A stretch of DNA of 64,000 nucleotides from Octopus sinensis (lineage: Eukaryota): NCBI RefSeq assembly GCF_006345805.1, contig NC_043008.1, positions 61,318,001 to 61,382,000 of the forward strand, in the 5' to 3' direction. Position numbers and translations under genes: made by a program. Below are positions 52,060 to 64,000 of this stretch, one piece after another. The notes under the pieces are model-generated. The model saw only the letters and a program-made list of their open reading frames with translations, was not told the origin of the DNA and made no database searches. Positions within the stretch are counted from its first letter, which is position 1, and the number at the start of each line of letters is the position of its first letter.

Positions 52060-53559
52060 GAAAAAAGGAAATCCGTTGGAAGAACAAAAACAGAACAGAG
52101 GCGGAGCAAAAAACAAATCGAACTGTGCTCCTAAGAGCCCATGGCGAAACTGTTTATCAGTGTATGTTGAGAACCGGTGGCTGAAGAATTCAACGGGTCA
52201 GGCATCGGTCAATCATGTGGGTGAGGGTGTATAGATGTTCTATGTGACCGAGAATAAAGTTCTGACTATTTAAGGAATATTGGATGTTTTATAAGGGGCG
52301 AGAAAAAATCTACTTAGAGACGTGTGTGTGTGTATACTGTTCTATATATGTGTGTGTTGGCGTAGGGGTAGAAAACATTTTTTGTGTACGTGTGTGCGTT
52401 TGATCGTTCGGCTGTCAGTGGCTACTGCCGTGATAACCGTTGGGTGGCAGAAAGAAAAAAATAAAAAAATATATATATATTATGTTTTATGTGTGTGTGT
52501 GTTCATCTAAGCCTGCCTTGTCAAGGAAACCCCCCGCTGTGAGAAAACCAAGCCCCGTTTGTCTTACAGGAGTAATTCCCCTTGCAGTGGTTAATCGTAG
52601 ATATCTTAAAGGCTATTTCAGAATTTGTTACCAAGGGCTATGGGTGCCGGTATTATTTATAAACGCTATTTAAAGGCCAGATAAGTGTAACGCCGCCAAT
52701 GGGGGCATCGAAAAGCCGACTGTAAGAGCCCGTTTACCATCCGGCCTCTGGCAAACAAAATATGGAAGAGTTCGGAGACACAAAGGTTGCACTGTCTTCT
52801 GCCCCTATCAAATGGGGCAGAAGACAGTGCAACCTTTGTGTCTCCGAACTCTTCCATATTTTGTTTGCCAGAGGCCGGATGGTAAACGGGCTCTTACAGT
52901 CGGCTTTTCGATGCCCCCATTGGCGGCGTTACACTTATCTGGACTTTAAATAGCGTTTATAAATAATACCGGCACCCATAGCCCTTGGTAACAAATTCTG
53001 AAATAGCCTTTAAGATATCTACGATTAACCACTGCAAGGGGAGTTACTCCTGTAAGACAAACGGGGCTTGGTTTTCTCACAGCGGGGGGTTTCCTTGACA
53101 AGGCAGGCTTAGATGAACACACACACACATAAAACATAATATATATATATTTTTTTATTTTTTTCTTTCTGCCACCCAACGGTTATCACGGCAGTAGCCA
53201 CTGACAGCCGAACGATCAAACGCACACACGTACACAAAAAATGTTTTCTACCCCTACGCCAACACACACATATATAGAACAGTATACACACACACACGTC
53301 TCTAAGTAGAATTTTTCTCGCCCCTTATAAAACATCCAATATTCCTTAAATAGTCAGAACTTTATTCTCGGTCACATAGAACATCTATACACCCTCACCC
53401 ACATGATTGACCGATGCCTGACCCGTTGAATTCTTCAGACACCGGTTCTCAACATTCACTGATAAACAGTTTCGCCATGGGCTCTTAGGAGCACAGTTCG
53501 ATTTGTTTTTTGCTCCGCCTCTGTTCTGTTTTTGTTCTTCCAACGGATTTCCTTTTTTC

Positions 53560-53639
53560 TTCCTGAAGAGAAAGACACAATATGGTCCCATTATTCAATC
53601 GGATTTTGGTAATTTGTGCCTTTCGAAACACGTGTAGAA
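53560..53639 (+). ncRNA. Type I hammerhead ribozyme, right arm
   Basis: TTC/GAA stem I (imperfectly extendable); CTGAAGA (53563-53569); stem II GAAAGACACAA/TTGTGCCTTTC (10 of 11 pairs); GAAA; palindromic helix III ACACGTGT; GUA, predicted cut after 53636. Confidence 0.85.
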
Positions 53640-53852
53640 TGAAATAAAACGATTTCTGTTCAATCTGCGTTCAGCTCCATTTCTTCAATTCTCCAATAAT
53701 GTTTTAATTTCAATTATCCGCACCAACGCACGGTTGCAACGCCAGATGGTTGTACCTCCAACCGTGCTGTTTACTGCTGTGATTTTTGCTACTAAGGTAT
53801 CGGTTAAACTTTTGATTAATCTACTACAAGATTATTCATCTTTCTATTTCAC

Positions 53853-53901
<49 letters not shown>

Positions 53902-53929
53902 TATATATATTATATATATATATATAATA

Positions 53930-53968
<39 letters not shown>

Positions 53969-54559
53969 TATAAACACACACACGCACACAACACACACAT
54001 ATATATGGTGTACTTTAAATGAACCATTGTCAGATAGAGTTCTTCAGTCTGCTTCAGAAAATCATTACAATGCAAGTTTCGAAATAAAAGACAGAAATTT
54101 GCTATATCATTAAACAAAGAAGCAATTCATACATTTGTAAATTGTTGTTTTGTATAACTCTTTGTCTTCATACTCTTAGTTCAAGCTTGCATCTGAATGA
54201 TTTTGCCTAGGCGCACGTAGAGACACAAACCGACACACCACCCATACACATACACAAACACATGCACAGAAATATACACGCACACAGTTATTCGCGAAAG
54301 TATGAAAGAAATTGTTGTAGACAGTACTCAGGGACATTACAACTAAAAAAAAAAAAAGAAAATAGCCATCAGATCTACTGTTCGCGGATTTCAGGAAGCA
54401 TGGAAGTTGTGAAGGATGTAGTATTTTGACAGCTATAGCTTGATGTCGGTTATTTATTCCACGCTTCAACAATTCTGAGCGTGAAAAAATGTTTCTGAAA
54501 GTCATGGGTGCCGTAGTATTTTTTGATTTTGTAGGCATGTCCATGTGCGATTGTCATGT

Positions 54560-55030
54560 GGAATTCAAAATGTTTGGAAAATTAGTGGATAATATGGTTG
54601 TCTACTAAGTCAATTGCCTAACATCTGAGCTTCAATGTCTCCATACCCAAGGAAGCAAGGTTTTCAGAGCATGGCAGATGCCTGTTTACGGGTATTCGTT
54701 TTGTTGCTTGTTTCTGAACATTTTCCAGGCGTACCAGACTAGTGATACAACTTCTAAGTGCGGACGTACCATTTAAATAGATAGCTGATAGTGACTTAAA
54801 AAGGCTTTACAGAGTGATACTAGGATGCCTTCAGGTTTTTGACAATCTTAAAGATGTGGTTTGTCCAACGCAGATAGCTGTTTACAATAATACCTAGATC
54901 TCGTTCAATCGTACACTTCTTGAGATTGGTCTTGTTGAGAAAGTATTTAAAAGCTGGATTTACCCTCTTGTCTACAGCTAGCTTGAGTTTCCAGTCAGAA
55001 ATCCATTGCTGCATTGTTTCCAGGTCTGAT
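54560..55030 (-). pseudogene. CR1-clade LINE RT C-terminal relic
   Basis: SDLETMQQWISDWKLKL...KKCTIERDLGIIVNSYLRWTNHI; downstream MVRPHLE, LENVQKQATKRIP and LASLGMETLKLR. Confidence 0.8.
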
Positions 55031-55084
55031 ATATGTGTATACATCTATACATATGTGTGTGTGTTTATATATAATATCCTTGTA

Positions 55085-55655
55085 TACTCTAGGCACAAGG
55101 TTCGAAATTTTGGGGAAGGGGTCCAGTCGATTAATCAATCCCGGTATACAACTGGTACTTAATTTATCGACCCCGAAAAGATGAAAGGCAAAGTCGATCT
55201 CGGCAAAATTTGAACTCAGAACATAAAGACAGGCTAAATACCTATTTTTTTACTACCCACAAGGGGCTAAACACAGGAGACAAACAAAAACAGACAATCG
55301 GATTAAGTCGATTACATCGACCCCAGTGCGTAACTGGTAATTAATTTATCGACTCCGAAAGGATGAAAGGCAAAGTCGACCTCGGCGGAATTTGAACTCA
55401 GAACATAAAGAAAGGCTAAATACCTGTTTCTTTACTACCCACAAGGGGCTAAACACAGAGACGATAAACAAGTACAGACAAACAAATGAAGTCGATTATA
55501 TCGACCCCAGTGCGTAACTGGTACTTAATTTCTCGACCCCGAAAGAATGAAAGGCAAAGTCGACTTCGGCGGAATTTGAACTCAGATCGTAGCGGCAGTC
55601 GAAATAGCGCTAAGCGTTTCGCCGGGCGTGCTACCGATTCTGCCAGCTTGCCGCC
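55085..55655 (-). mobile_element. Family B SINE tandem trimer (period ~185 bp)
   Basis: Three copies of TCGACCCC.AAAG.ATGAAAGGCAAAGTCGA..TCGGC..AATTTGAACTCAG. Confidence 0.85.
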
Positions 55656-55758
55656 TTGAAAGCACCGGTTCTCGTCCAATCACCGAAGTTAAGCAACATC
55701 GAGCCTAGTTAGTACTTAGATGGGTGACCGCTTGGGAAACCTAGGTGCTGTAAGCATT
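55656..55758 (+). pseudogene. 5'-truncated 5S rRNA-derived sequence (about nt 18-120 of 5S)
   Basis: TTGAAAGCACCGGTTCTCGTCCAATCACCGAAGTTAAGCAACATCGAGCCTAGTTAGTACTTAGATGGGTGACCGCTTGGGAAACCTAGGTGCTGTAAGCATT follows the animal 5S consensus including the box A and box C regions. Confidence 0.9.
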
Positions 55759-55828
55759 CGGTTAAATCAGCGGTGGTGCCCCAGCATGGCCGCGGCCTTC
55801 GGGCTAAAACATTTTTAAGGATTTAAGG
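55656..55828 (+). mobile_element. Candidate 5S-derived SINE (SINE3-type) with a tail related to SINE family A
   Basis: 5S head joined to GCGGTGGTGCCCCAGCATGGCCGCGG...CTAAAAC, compared with family A GGCGGTGCTCCAGCATGGCCGCAG...CTGAAAC. Confidence 0.65.
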
Positions 55829-56274
55829 AATATCATCTGGGAAATAACGTCATCACGTGTATTTCAAAGCTTTTATACGGTTATCAGGTACCATATCCAT
55901 TACACAACACGAACACTATTTTGCTGGATATACATGTGGAAATCCGTTAGTGTATACAGGAATTATATAAAAAAATTATTAACCAAGATGGAATGAACGG
56001 TAAAGTTTATCTCAAATTGGTTGCATCCCTCAGCAGCACCTCCATGCCAAGGACGTCTGGATGTTATCCATAGTAGTAGAGAACGGAAAGTCTTCCGGAA
56101 CAAATTAGCGAGTTCGTTTACATCGACGCACAAAGCTTTCCCGAAAACGTTGTCGAACTTCCCCGCCAAAAATGATCTATGTATTGGTATACTGGAGTTC
56201 CGCCGATACTATTCCCCTGTTGGTAGAGGGTTGCGAGTGTCTGACAACAATCTAGGATGCCAAGCGCAGAAAGG

Positions 56275-56508
56275 CAAGAAGACGAAGAAGAAAGAGGAGA
56301 ACGAGGAGAAGGTGGAGGAGGAGGAGGTGGAGGAGAAGGAGAAGAAGAAGAAGGAGAAGCAGAAGAAGAAGGAGAAGAAGAAGGCGGAGAAGAAGAAGAA
56401 GAAGAAGAAGAAGAAGAAGAAGGGGAAGAAGAAAAAAGAAGAGGAAGAAAAAGAAGAAGGGGAAGAAGAAAAAGAAGAGGAAGAAAAAAGAAGAAGGGGA
56501 AGAAGTAA

Positions 56509-56539
<31 letters not shown>

Positions 56540-56690
56540 AGGAGGAGGAGGAGGCTGAGAAGAAGAAGCAGAAGGGGAAGAAGAAGGCGGAGAAGAAGAA
56601 GAAGAAGTAGAAGAAGAAGGAGGAGGAGACGGAGAAGAAGAAGAAAGGAAGAAGAAAAAGAAAAAGAGGAAGAAGAGGAAGAAGAGAAGT
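56275..56690. repeat. Purine-only (GAA)/(GAG) low-complexity tract
   Basis: Direct reading. Confidence 0.95.
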
Positions 56691-56996
56691 AGAGTGGGTT
56701 GAAAAAAGAGGGAGAGGAATATATATTACGAACGGATGGAATGGTTAATATCTGCCATGTAAGTTTTCTTTCATATCTAAACCAAAACAATGCTTGTTAT
56801 AAGAAATAATATTAAAGAATGGCTTGGAATTTTACCTTCTATTTCAATATTTCGGATTTAGGAGACTTTCTGCAGGAAATCTTTGGTGTCTAGTGTACAT
56901 ATTGAGAAATCTCTATAGATGTTGAAGGGGAGACACTATTCTTCAAATAGAAATAATTAAATATATGTTTACATATATATATATATATACGTGTGT

Positions 56997-57040
<44 letters not shown>

Positions 57041-57411
57041 TTATTTATATACATACATACATATATACATACATACATATATGTGTTCTTTAGCGGTTGA
57101 TATTACGTGCTTATGCAACAGAGATGTAAACTACCTTCATAGAACTAATTTATTTTCAGGCACATTTTGGATGGTAGGAAAATGGGATTATTATTTCCTC
57201 GGAAATTTATTCATCGAAAGGTAGAAATCGTATATTATATATTCAGATATATAATACCCGCCCAAAGAATACCAAACATACTTTCCTTACGCTTACATAC
57301 ACATAAACTCACAGCCACCCACACATATACATTTCTGAGTATGTGTGTCTCTTTGTGAGTATTTATTTTCATATATATAAATACATACATACATACGTAC
57401 ATATGTGTATA

Positions 57412-57500
<89 letters not shown>

Positions 57501-58235
57501 ATATAAGTGCGTATGCCTGTGTGTGCGTATACATTCATAAACTATTCATGCGTTCTTTATTAGGATCAAAGAAACACGTGTGGAAATTCCGTTATATATA
57601 AACAATTTAGCAGAATAAATTCTACAACAAAGCAGAAACAATTTATACATAACTCACACAGAGCGTACAGAAAACTCAACGATACAAAGAAAAGCAGATA
57701 TATAACCATTGTTAAATACAACTATTATAATACACCTCTATTATAATATAGATGACCGCGTTATGAAAGCATTGATCAAATAGAAATGTGTATACGCTAC
57801 TTCCAGACTGAATATAACCTCAATAATATCGTACAAAAATATTTTAAAAATCAAACATTATTACTGTAATGTGTAAGCCTTGTCTGGTTCTTTCTCTAGT
57901 TTGTATATCTAACGTAATCTACAAATTCACATGATTGCAGAAATATTCTAACCTTCGTGAACCTTGCGTATGCCACGGACTTGTTCATTTTCTGTTGTAC
58001 TTTTTTCATACTTCAGCATTCATGCTAGTTCAGCAAGGAGCCATTTCGGCATATTTTATTTGAAACAGCGTAAGAGATTTAGATAGATAAATGTAAGCTG
58101 ATTAGTGTTCTATCTTGTGTAGAATTACGTCAATAAATTTGAAAGTGTAGAACCGTATTGGAACGATTAATACGCATCAGGCTATCCCAGAATCTTCGAG
58201 CAAAGAGCAGGGATTATCCCCCCTTATCTTTCTTC

Positions 58236-58286
<51 letters not shown>

Positions 58287-58444
58287 TCTCTCTCTCTCCC
58301 TATCTTTCTCCTCCAGCACCTCCTCCTCCTCCCACAAAGTACCGAATGAAACTGTTTTAAATAATAATACGTGTAACCCCTACTAAATGTGTCGAGTACG
58401 TTTTCTTTGGTTTACCTACTCGTACACACACACATACACACACT

Positions 58445-58546
58445 GAGGAGGAGGAGGGAGAAGGACGAGAAGGACGAGGAGAAGAAGGGGAAGGAGAGGA
58501 AGAAGATGAAGTAGATGGAGAGGAATAATTATAATAATGATAATGA

Positions 58547-58599
<53 letters not shown>

Positions 58600-58695
58600 A
58601 TAATAATAATAATAATAATGATACTAATAATAATAAAAGTAATAATAATGGGAAGCAGAAGAGGGAGAAGAAGAAGAAGAAGAAGAAGAAGAAGA
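58445..58695. repeat. Compound (GAG/GAA)-(ACT)n-(AAT)n-(AGA)n microsatellite
   Basis: Direct reading. Confidence 0.9.
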
Positions 58696-58844
58696 ATTAA
58701 TTTCATTCCACAGAATGAAAAGGCACTGCAAATTCTACTCATTAACGCAAATGCTATTAATTATTACTCGTGAACATCATTAAAAGTGGTTATAATCACT
58801 GTAATACAACAAAGTGATAATCTATAATGCTTTCTACTGAAGGC

Positions 58845-59748
58845 ACGAGGCCTGACATTTCGATAGAATGGAACATCTACGAGTAAATCGACCCCTGTGT
58901 GCAAATAATAGTTATTTCATGGGCCCCGAAAGGAAGCGATTCATATCGAATTCGACGGATTCTGTACTCATGAGACGGGTGATGCTTGCGATTGTGTCAG
59001 CTCACGTTTCTGTCAGCTTGTTGCTATCCGAAGTACTTATAATACTATCAATGGTAATAACAATCTTTTCTACCATAGGCACAAGGTCTGAAATTTTGAG
59101 AGAGAGGGTTAGTCGATATCATCGACTCCAGTATGTAACTGGGATTTATTTCATGGAACCCGAAAGAATGGAAGGCAAATTCGACTCAGTACGTAAGAGC
59201 AGACGAATTGCCGCTAAGCGTTTTTTGCCAGCGTGAAAATCATTCTGCCAGCTCACCGTCTTAATTATGCTAATAATAATAACAATCAAAAAGTTAAGAT
59301 TCCTAGTAGTAAGAAAAATAATACAATAAACTATATCATACTTACAGGAAAGTAAACGAAATCATACTTAAGAAGAGGAAAACAATGGTACAAGCATATC
59401 TTTGAGATTACCCTCACTAACAAAAGAGCGCATTTCAATACTGCTAGTGGAAATCAGTCATACTCTCAGCCGATGTATATAGGCAACGAATATAAACGCG
59501 TGTTATCAAAATAATCTTATTACGCAGTATATTGGCTTAAAATGTTGGTACAAAGTTAGCAGCTTCGGTGTAAGGGAGGACGTTGGTTATAACGACCTCA
59601 GTGTTTAACTGATATTTATATCATCAATTCGAAATGATGAAAGGAAAAGTTGATCTCGGCGAAATTGGAACTCACAACATAAAGGCTGACGAAATGTCTA
59701 CAATAATTTTACCCGGCGTGCTAAAAGTCTCCACCGGCTCGTCGCCTT
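58845..59748 (-). mobile_element. Three degenerate family B SINE copies
   Basis: ATCGAC.CC...TAACTGG..TT.ATTT.ATGG.CC.GAAAG.A.G blocks at ~58885, ~59120 and ~59590. Confidence 0.7.
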
Positions 59749-60699
59749 ACCAGCCAGTATATTGGAATGGAGAAAGTAGACCATAGATAAATGGTTTTGA
59801 TCAGCTGGTGAGTTAAAAAGGCAGCAGATTTTGTTAAAAGGATGAAATGTGGATCAGCTCAAGAAGCATGTCTAAGCAAGGAGGCCCACAAATTTAGTAG
59901 CTAAAAAAGATGGCCTACAATATCTAAACAATAAAAAGTTATTTCCAAAAGTTTAGCAACCTAATGCAAAACACACAAAAGAAACAAACGCCTATATGTT
60001 CTTCGATATTGTGCGTTCCATAAAGAGTAACCTATACCACAAAAAAAAAGGTATCCACAAGATGTAATACGTATTATATAATCTCAAAATTAAGCATAAA
60101 TGAGTAAAGATAACTTTCTAAGCGCTATCTTCTCTGTTGCTGTTATTTATTTGAATAATTCACCGTTTTCTGGACAACATCTGTATTGTAAGTAGTAGTA
60201 CTGTTTACTGTATATATTGTCTTGTTTTTCTGTTTGTATTCATCAGTGCGCTGGTGTGCTAAACTACATCAATCTCAGTTATCAGTAGTTAATCAGTGCT
60301 CGTTTCATTCACTGGAGTTCATTATATTTCAATTGCAGCAGAGAGTCTGAACGTTCTCCCAAGTAATATGTTTGTTAATGATATTTTTCAGTTATGAGGG
60401 CAATTGCAAACTCTGGGTATCTGTACGCATTTCTTTCTATATACTATCGAAATGTGTCTATTGATTTTGATGTGATTGTTTATAACTAGGAATGTAGTGT
60501 AGTCGCTAGTATGGTCTTGGATGCTAGATTATAGCGTTAAAATATTCACCATAAGTGTTTCTTCTCCCCTCTTTTTACGAACGCATTGTCTACATATATA
60601 TAACGCTTTCATTCCCAGTTTTCATTCCACTGCTACACAAAAATCTATTATTTTCTATTGCTCAATTTAGCAAGAAAATGAAAAACATCGGTAATCGCA

Positions 60700-60832
<133 letters not shown>

Positions 60833-60855
60833 ACCCCCCTCTCTCTCTCTCTCTT

Positions 60856-60888
<33 letters not shown>

Positions 60889-61162
60889 CACGTAAATGTA
60901 GAACGATGGAATAAGTGCTCAACACCGCATTGGTAAATGAATAATCTCTCTATTTCTGAATTGCTTTCATGCTAAGAAGAGTAGGAAAATATCCACACAC
61001 ACATATATATCCTTATGTGTATATTTACATGTATATATGTATGTATGTATGTTTGTGCATCTCATATATGAATCCAAACCTCGTTTATTTGATAATTTGA
61101 TTATCTCCCTCCCCCTCTGTCTCCTTCTATATATATATGTGTGTGTGTGTGTATGTGTGTGC

Positions 61163-61208
<46 letters not shown>

Positions 61209-61904
61209 TATATATATATAAATATTTATATATATATATGTATAGGTATATGTATGAATATATTAATATATAAGTATACATATATATACAAAAATATATA
61301 TGCGCAAGCATGTACGTATATAAATATATATATATATATATGCGTGTGTGCCTGTGTGTGTAATGATCATATTGATTCATGAACTCCAACGCGATTAAAA
61401 TTTATGAAGCCGTAACTTTCCATTTAGAGACGCATTTTTAGATAGAATATATAACAGCATTGAGCCTGGAGTGAATTACTATTAAAATATACTTGCGGAA
61501 GCATCTTTAGTGTTCTGTACATAAAAACTATGATGCAATCCTAGACGCTTTTAGCAATGTTTAAGGACAAATAAACAAATATGCATGATTCTAGCTTTAG
61601 TTTAACAGGAAACTGATAAATCATAATCAGTTCAATATCCTAATAATTATTCTAAGCTTTAACTTCTAAACTGTACATTTTATGAAATTGCTATACGAAA
61701 TATAACAAAATTTACAAAGTACACTGAAATCCTATCATTCCTTTTAGACATTAATCTATTGAATGAAATAAGAAATTATGTTAGAATTAGCTGAAATGTA
61801 ATATAACAGGAACAAATGATAAAAGTAATTTCAGTCTAGAAACGATCATAATTTTGGATATAGTCTAGTAAAAAGCAACTTGCTGCATATACATTAAACA
61901 TAAT

Positions 61905-62190
61905 TTACGGATATTGTAAATGGAATTTCAAATTCATACAGGCCACCATTACAGTATCGACTTTACCATCGCTGAGTAAACAAAGAGATTTCCCCTAAAG
62001 TCTACATTTAATAGAAAACAAATTGCAATACATTTTAATCATAATTTGAAGAAAAACTGAAATATCTTCCCAACTCATTCTTTATAAATGGCTAACTATT
62101 ACCAACCAAAAAGATTGTACCCGGGAGAATTGATTGTTTTAAGTCATTCGTTTTCTAAAACAAATAATAATCAGATATGCCACGTAGATG
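61905..62190 (+). repeat. Diverged direct duplication, partner at 63490-63780
   Basis: Shared CCATCGCTGAGTAAACAAAGA.ATTTCCCCTAAAGTCTACATTTAATAGAA.ACAAATTGCAATACAT...AAAAACTGAAATATCTTCCCAA...GGAGAATTGATTGTTTT...TCATTCGTTTTCT. Confidence 0.9.
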
Positions 62191-62799
62191 GCCGGTTAGA
62201 TGTACAGGCCTATTCAAATCTTTTAATATATTTTGCTTGACATATTTGCCATTTTATTTCAGGCAGCAAAAATTGAAGTGAGACTATATTTGTCTTAAAC
62301 CACCTCAAATGGTGACCATAGCTGGCAGAAAATTTCCTTCATATATTACTTTTAAGAATGTCATCAAATGAAGTGAGTTTTAAACATATCATCTCTGATG
62401 AACTTTAAAGATTCAAATATCACCAATCAATCTTAACGTGACTGGTAACTTTTCTTTGGAGATGTGAACTCCCTAAGAGTTGTTAGATATCATAGTAGTA
62501 CTATAAGTGACGCCGATGTACGTACGCATACACCAACTATATTTTCTTAGAAACGAAATTTTTATAAGAAGTGCAATATGTATATCTTAAATATATATTT
62601 TTCGAACGAAATTCTTGTCAGAATTACAACATTAAGGGAGAGTGGTATCAGTGAAGCAGAATATATGTGATGATTCTTCAAGTTGTAGCATATGTGCCTT
62701 GTATGAATCTTCCAGAGCTTTTGATAAAAATGGTTAATGTGTTTTTAGAAAATGCCCTTCGGTGGAAGAGACAGATGTATGTATGTATGTGTATATATC

Positions 62800-63060
<261 letters not shown>

Positions 63061-64000
63061 AATGTACGGGCTACTGAGATAATCGCTGAAAACAAAATAA
63101 ATAAGAGTATTCAATGATAAAGGAAAGTTATACTGAAGGATGATCTCTACTTTAGATATCGATTGGAGTTCACAAAAACCTTGGCAGTCTCCGATGAATG
63201 AATCCCTCAAGCGATTGCAGTCATCCTTGATGCTACAAAAAGGCGAAAGAAATAAACAGATGTTCTCGGCCTCCAGACCTTGTTTCTTCAATTATCTATG
63301 CAGTAACAACAAACTGAGGACTGTTCTTTCGTTTAACTTACTCATGCAGCAAGCATTTTCTCTCAGTTCTTGCAAGAATTATTGTTAACTCTCAGCTTTG
63401 TACGCATCAATAATTTTTTCTGTCAACCCTATGATGGTTCAATTTCTGACGAATCCACGTGTGGATTTCCTGTCTAATTTCAATGTAAGTATGGATATTG
63501 CAAATGAAGTTCAAAATTCACACATGCCTCCATTACTGGAATCAGCGTCACCATCGCTGAGTAAACAAAGAAATTTCCCCTAAAGTCTACATTTAATAGA
63601 ATACAAATTGCAATACATATTTAACACAATTTAAAGAAAAACTGAAATATCTTCCCAATTCATTTTTCATAAATGGCTAACAATAAACAATAATGACTAA
63701 AAAAGAATATACCCAGGAGAATTGATTGTTTTCACTCATTCGTTTTCTTAAACAACGCATAATACTCAGATATCCCACAACCGAGGCGACAACTCTGACA
63801 GATTTATAATATGTGGGAGGTGAAATATATTGTATCAACCGCCAAGTCATAGAAATTCTGCCGAAATATATTGGCACTATATATTAGACAATGCCATCGT
63901 GAAAGAAACCAATACTTACAATAATGGCATTTCTGACATTTAAATAATTGCCCTGAGATGTTCTCTCCGCAATTGACCAAGTTTCAGCACTAGATCTTAG

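Larger units (their letters stand above)
51919..53700. repeat. 1782-bp near-perfect palindrome (887-bp arms, 8-nt loop TATCAAAT at 52806-52813)
   Basis: Position p mirrors 105619-p throughout, confirmed by mirrored ORF coordinates in the track; at least six substitutions between arms. Confidence 0.97.

Noticed and set aside
52028-53591. Mirrored ORF pairs that look like duplicated genes
   Set aside because: Short ORFs with no recognisable motif, duplicated simply because the region is a palindrome.
55656-55758. Functional 5S rRNA gene
   Set aside because: 5' end missing, no oligo-T terminator directly after, single copy fused to a SINE-type tail.
56021-56790. 223-aa K/E/R-rich and 193-aa L/S/F-rich ORFs
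   Set aside because: Products of the (GAA)/(GAG) tract; no domain or splice evidence.

Overview
This is AT-rich eukaryotic non-coding DNA dense in microsatellites and SINEs. The SINE families and the (TA)n/(CATA)n/(TATC)n landscape look like an octopus or other cephalopod genome (inference). I find no intact protein-coding gene; almost all ORFs in the supplied track come from microsatellites or repeats. Recognisable coding relics are a Penelope-type GIY-YIG endonuclease (12.3-12.6 kb), Dong/R4-type and CR1-type reverse transcriptase fragments, a mariner transposase N-terminus, and a possible decayed LRR/Toll-like receptor gene (0.3-4.1 kb, minus strand). The main signal is a set of non-coding elements carrying type I hammerhead ribozymes (HHR). 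(i) A retrozyme-like array of ~488-bp units at 7201-9697 has five HHR copies and folds back on itself. (ii) A diverged solo relative at 49003-49436 confirms the HHR fold and an unusual extended stem II by compensatory base changes. (iii) An unrelated 1.78-kb near-perfect palindrome at 51919-53700 has one HHR in each arm. (iv) A minimal HHR-like motif sits at 31.5 kb. All four abut (TA)n tracts at their 3' ends, and the two large ones are head-to-head. Other items: a 5S-rRNA-derived SINE-like element, a 1.9-kb 11-bp minisatellite with a 20-bp flanking duplication, an 877-bp tandem duplication, MITEs and a Helitron-like 3' end. Coordinates were counted by hand and may be off by a few bases.
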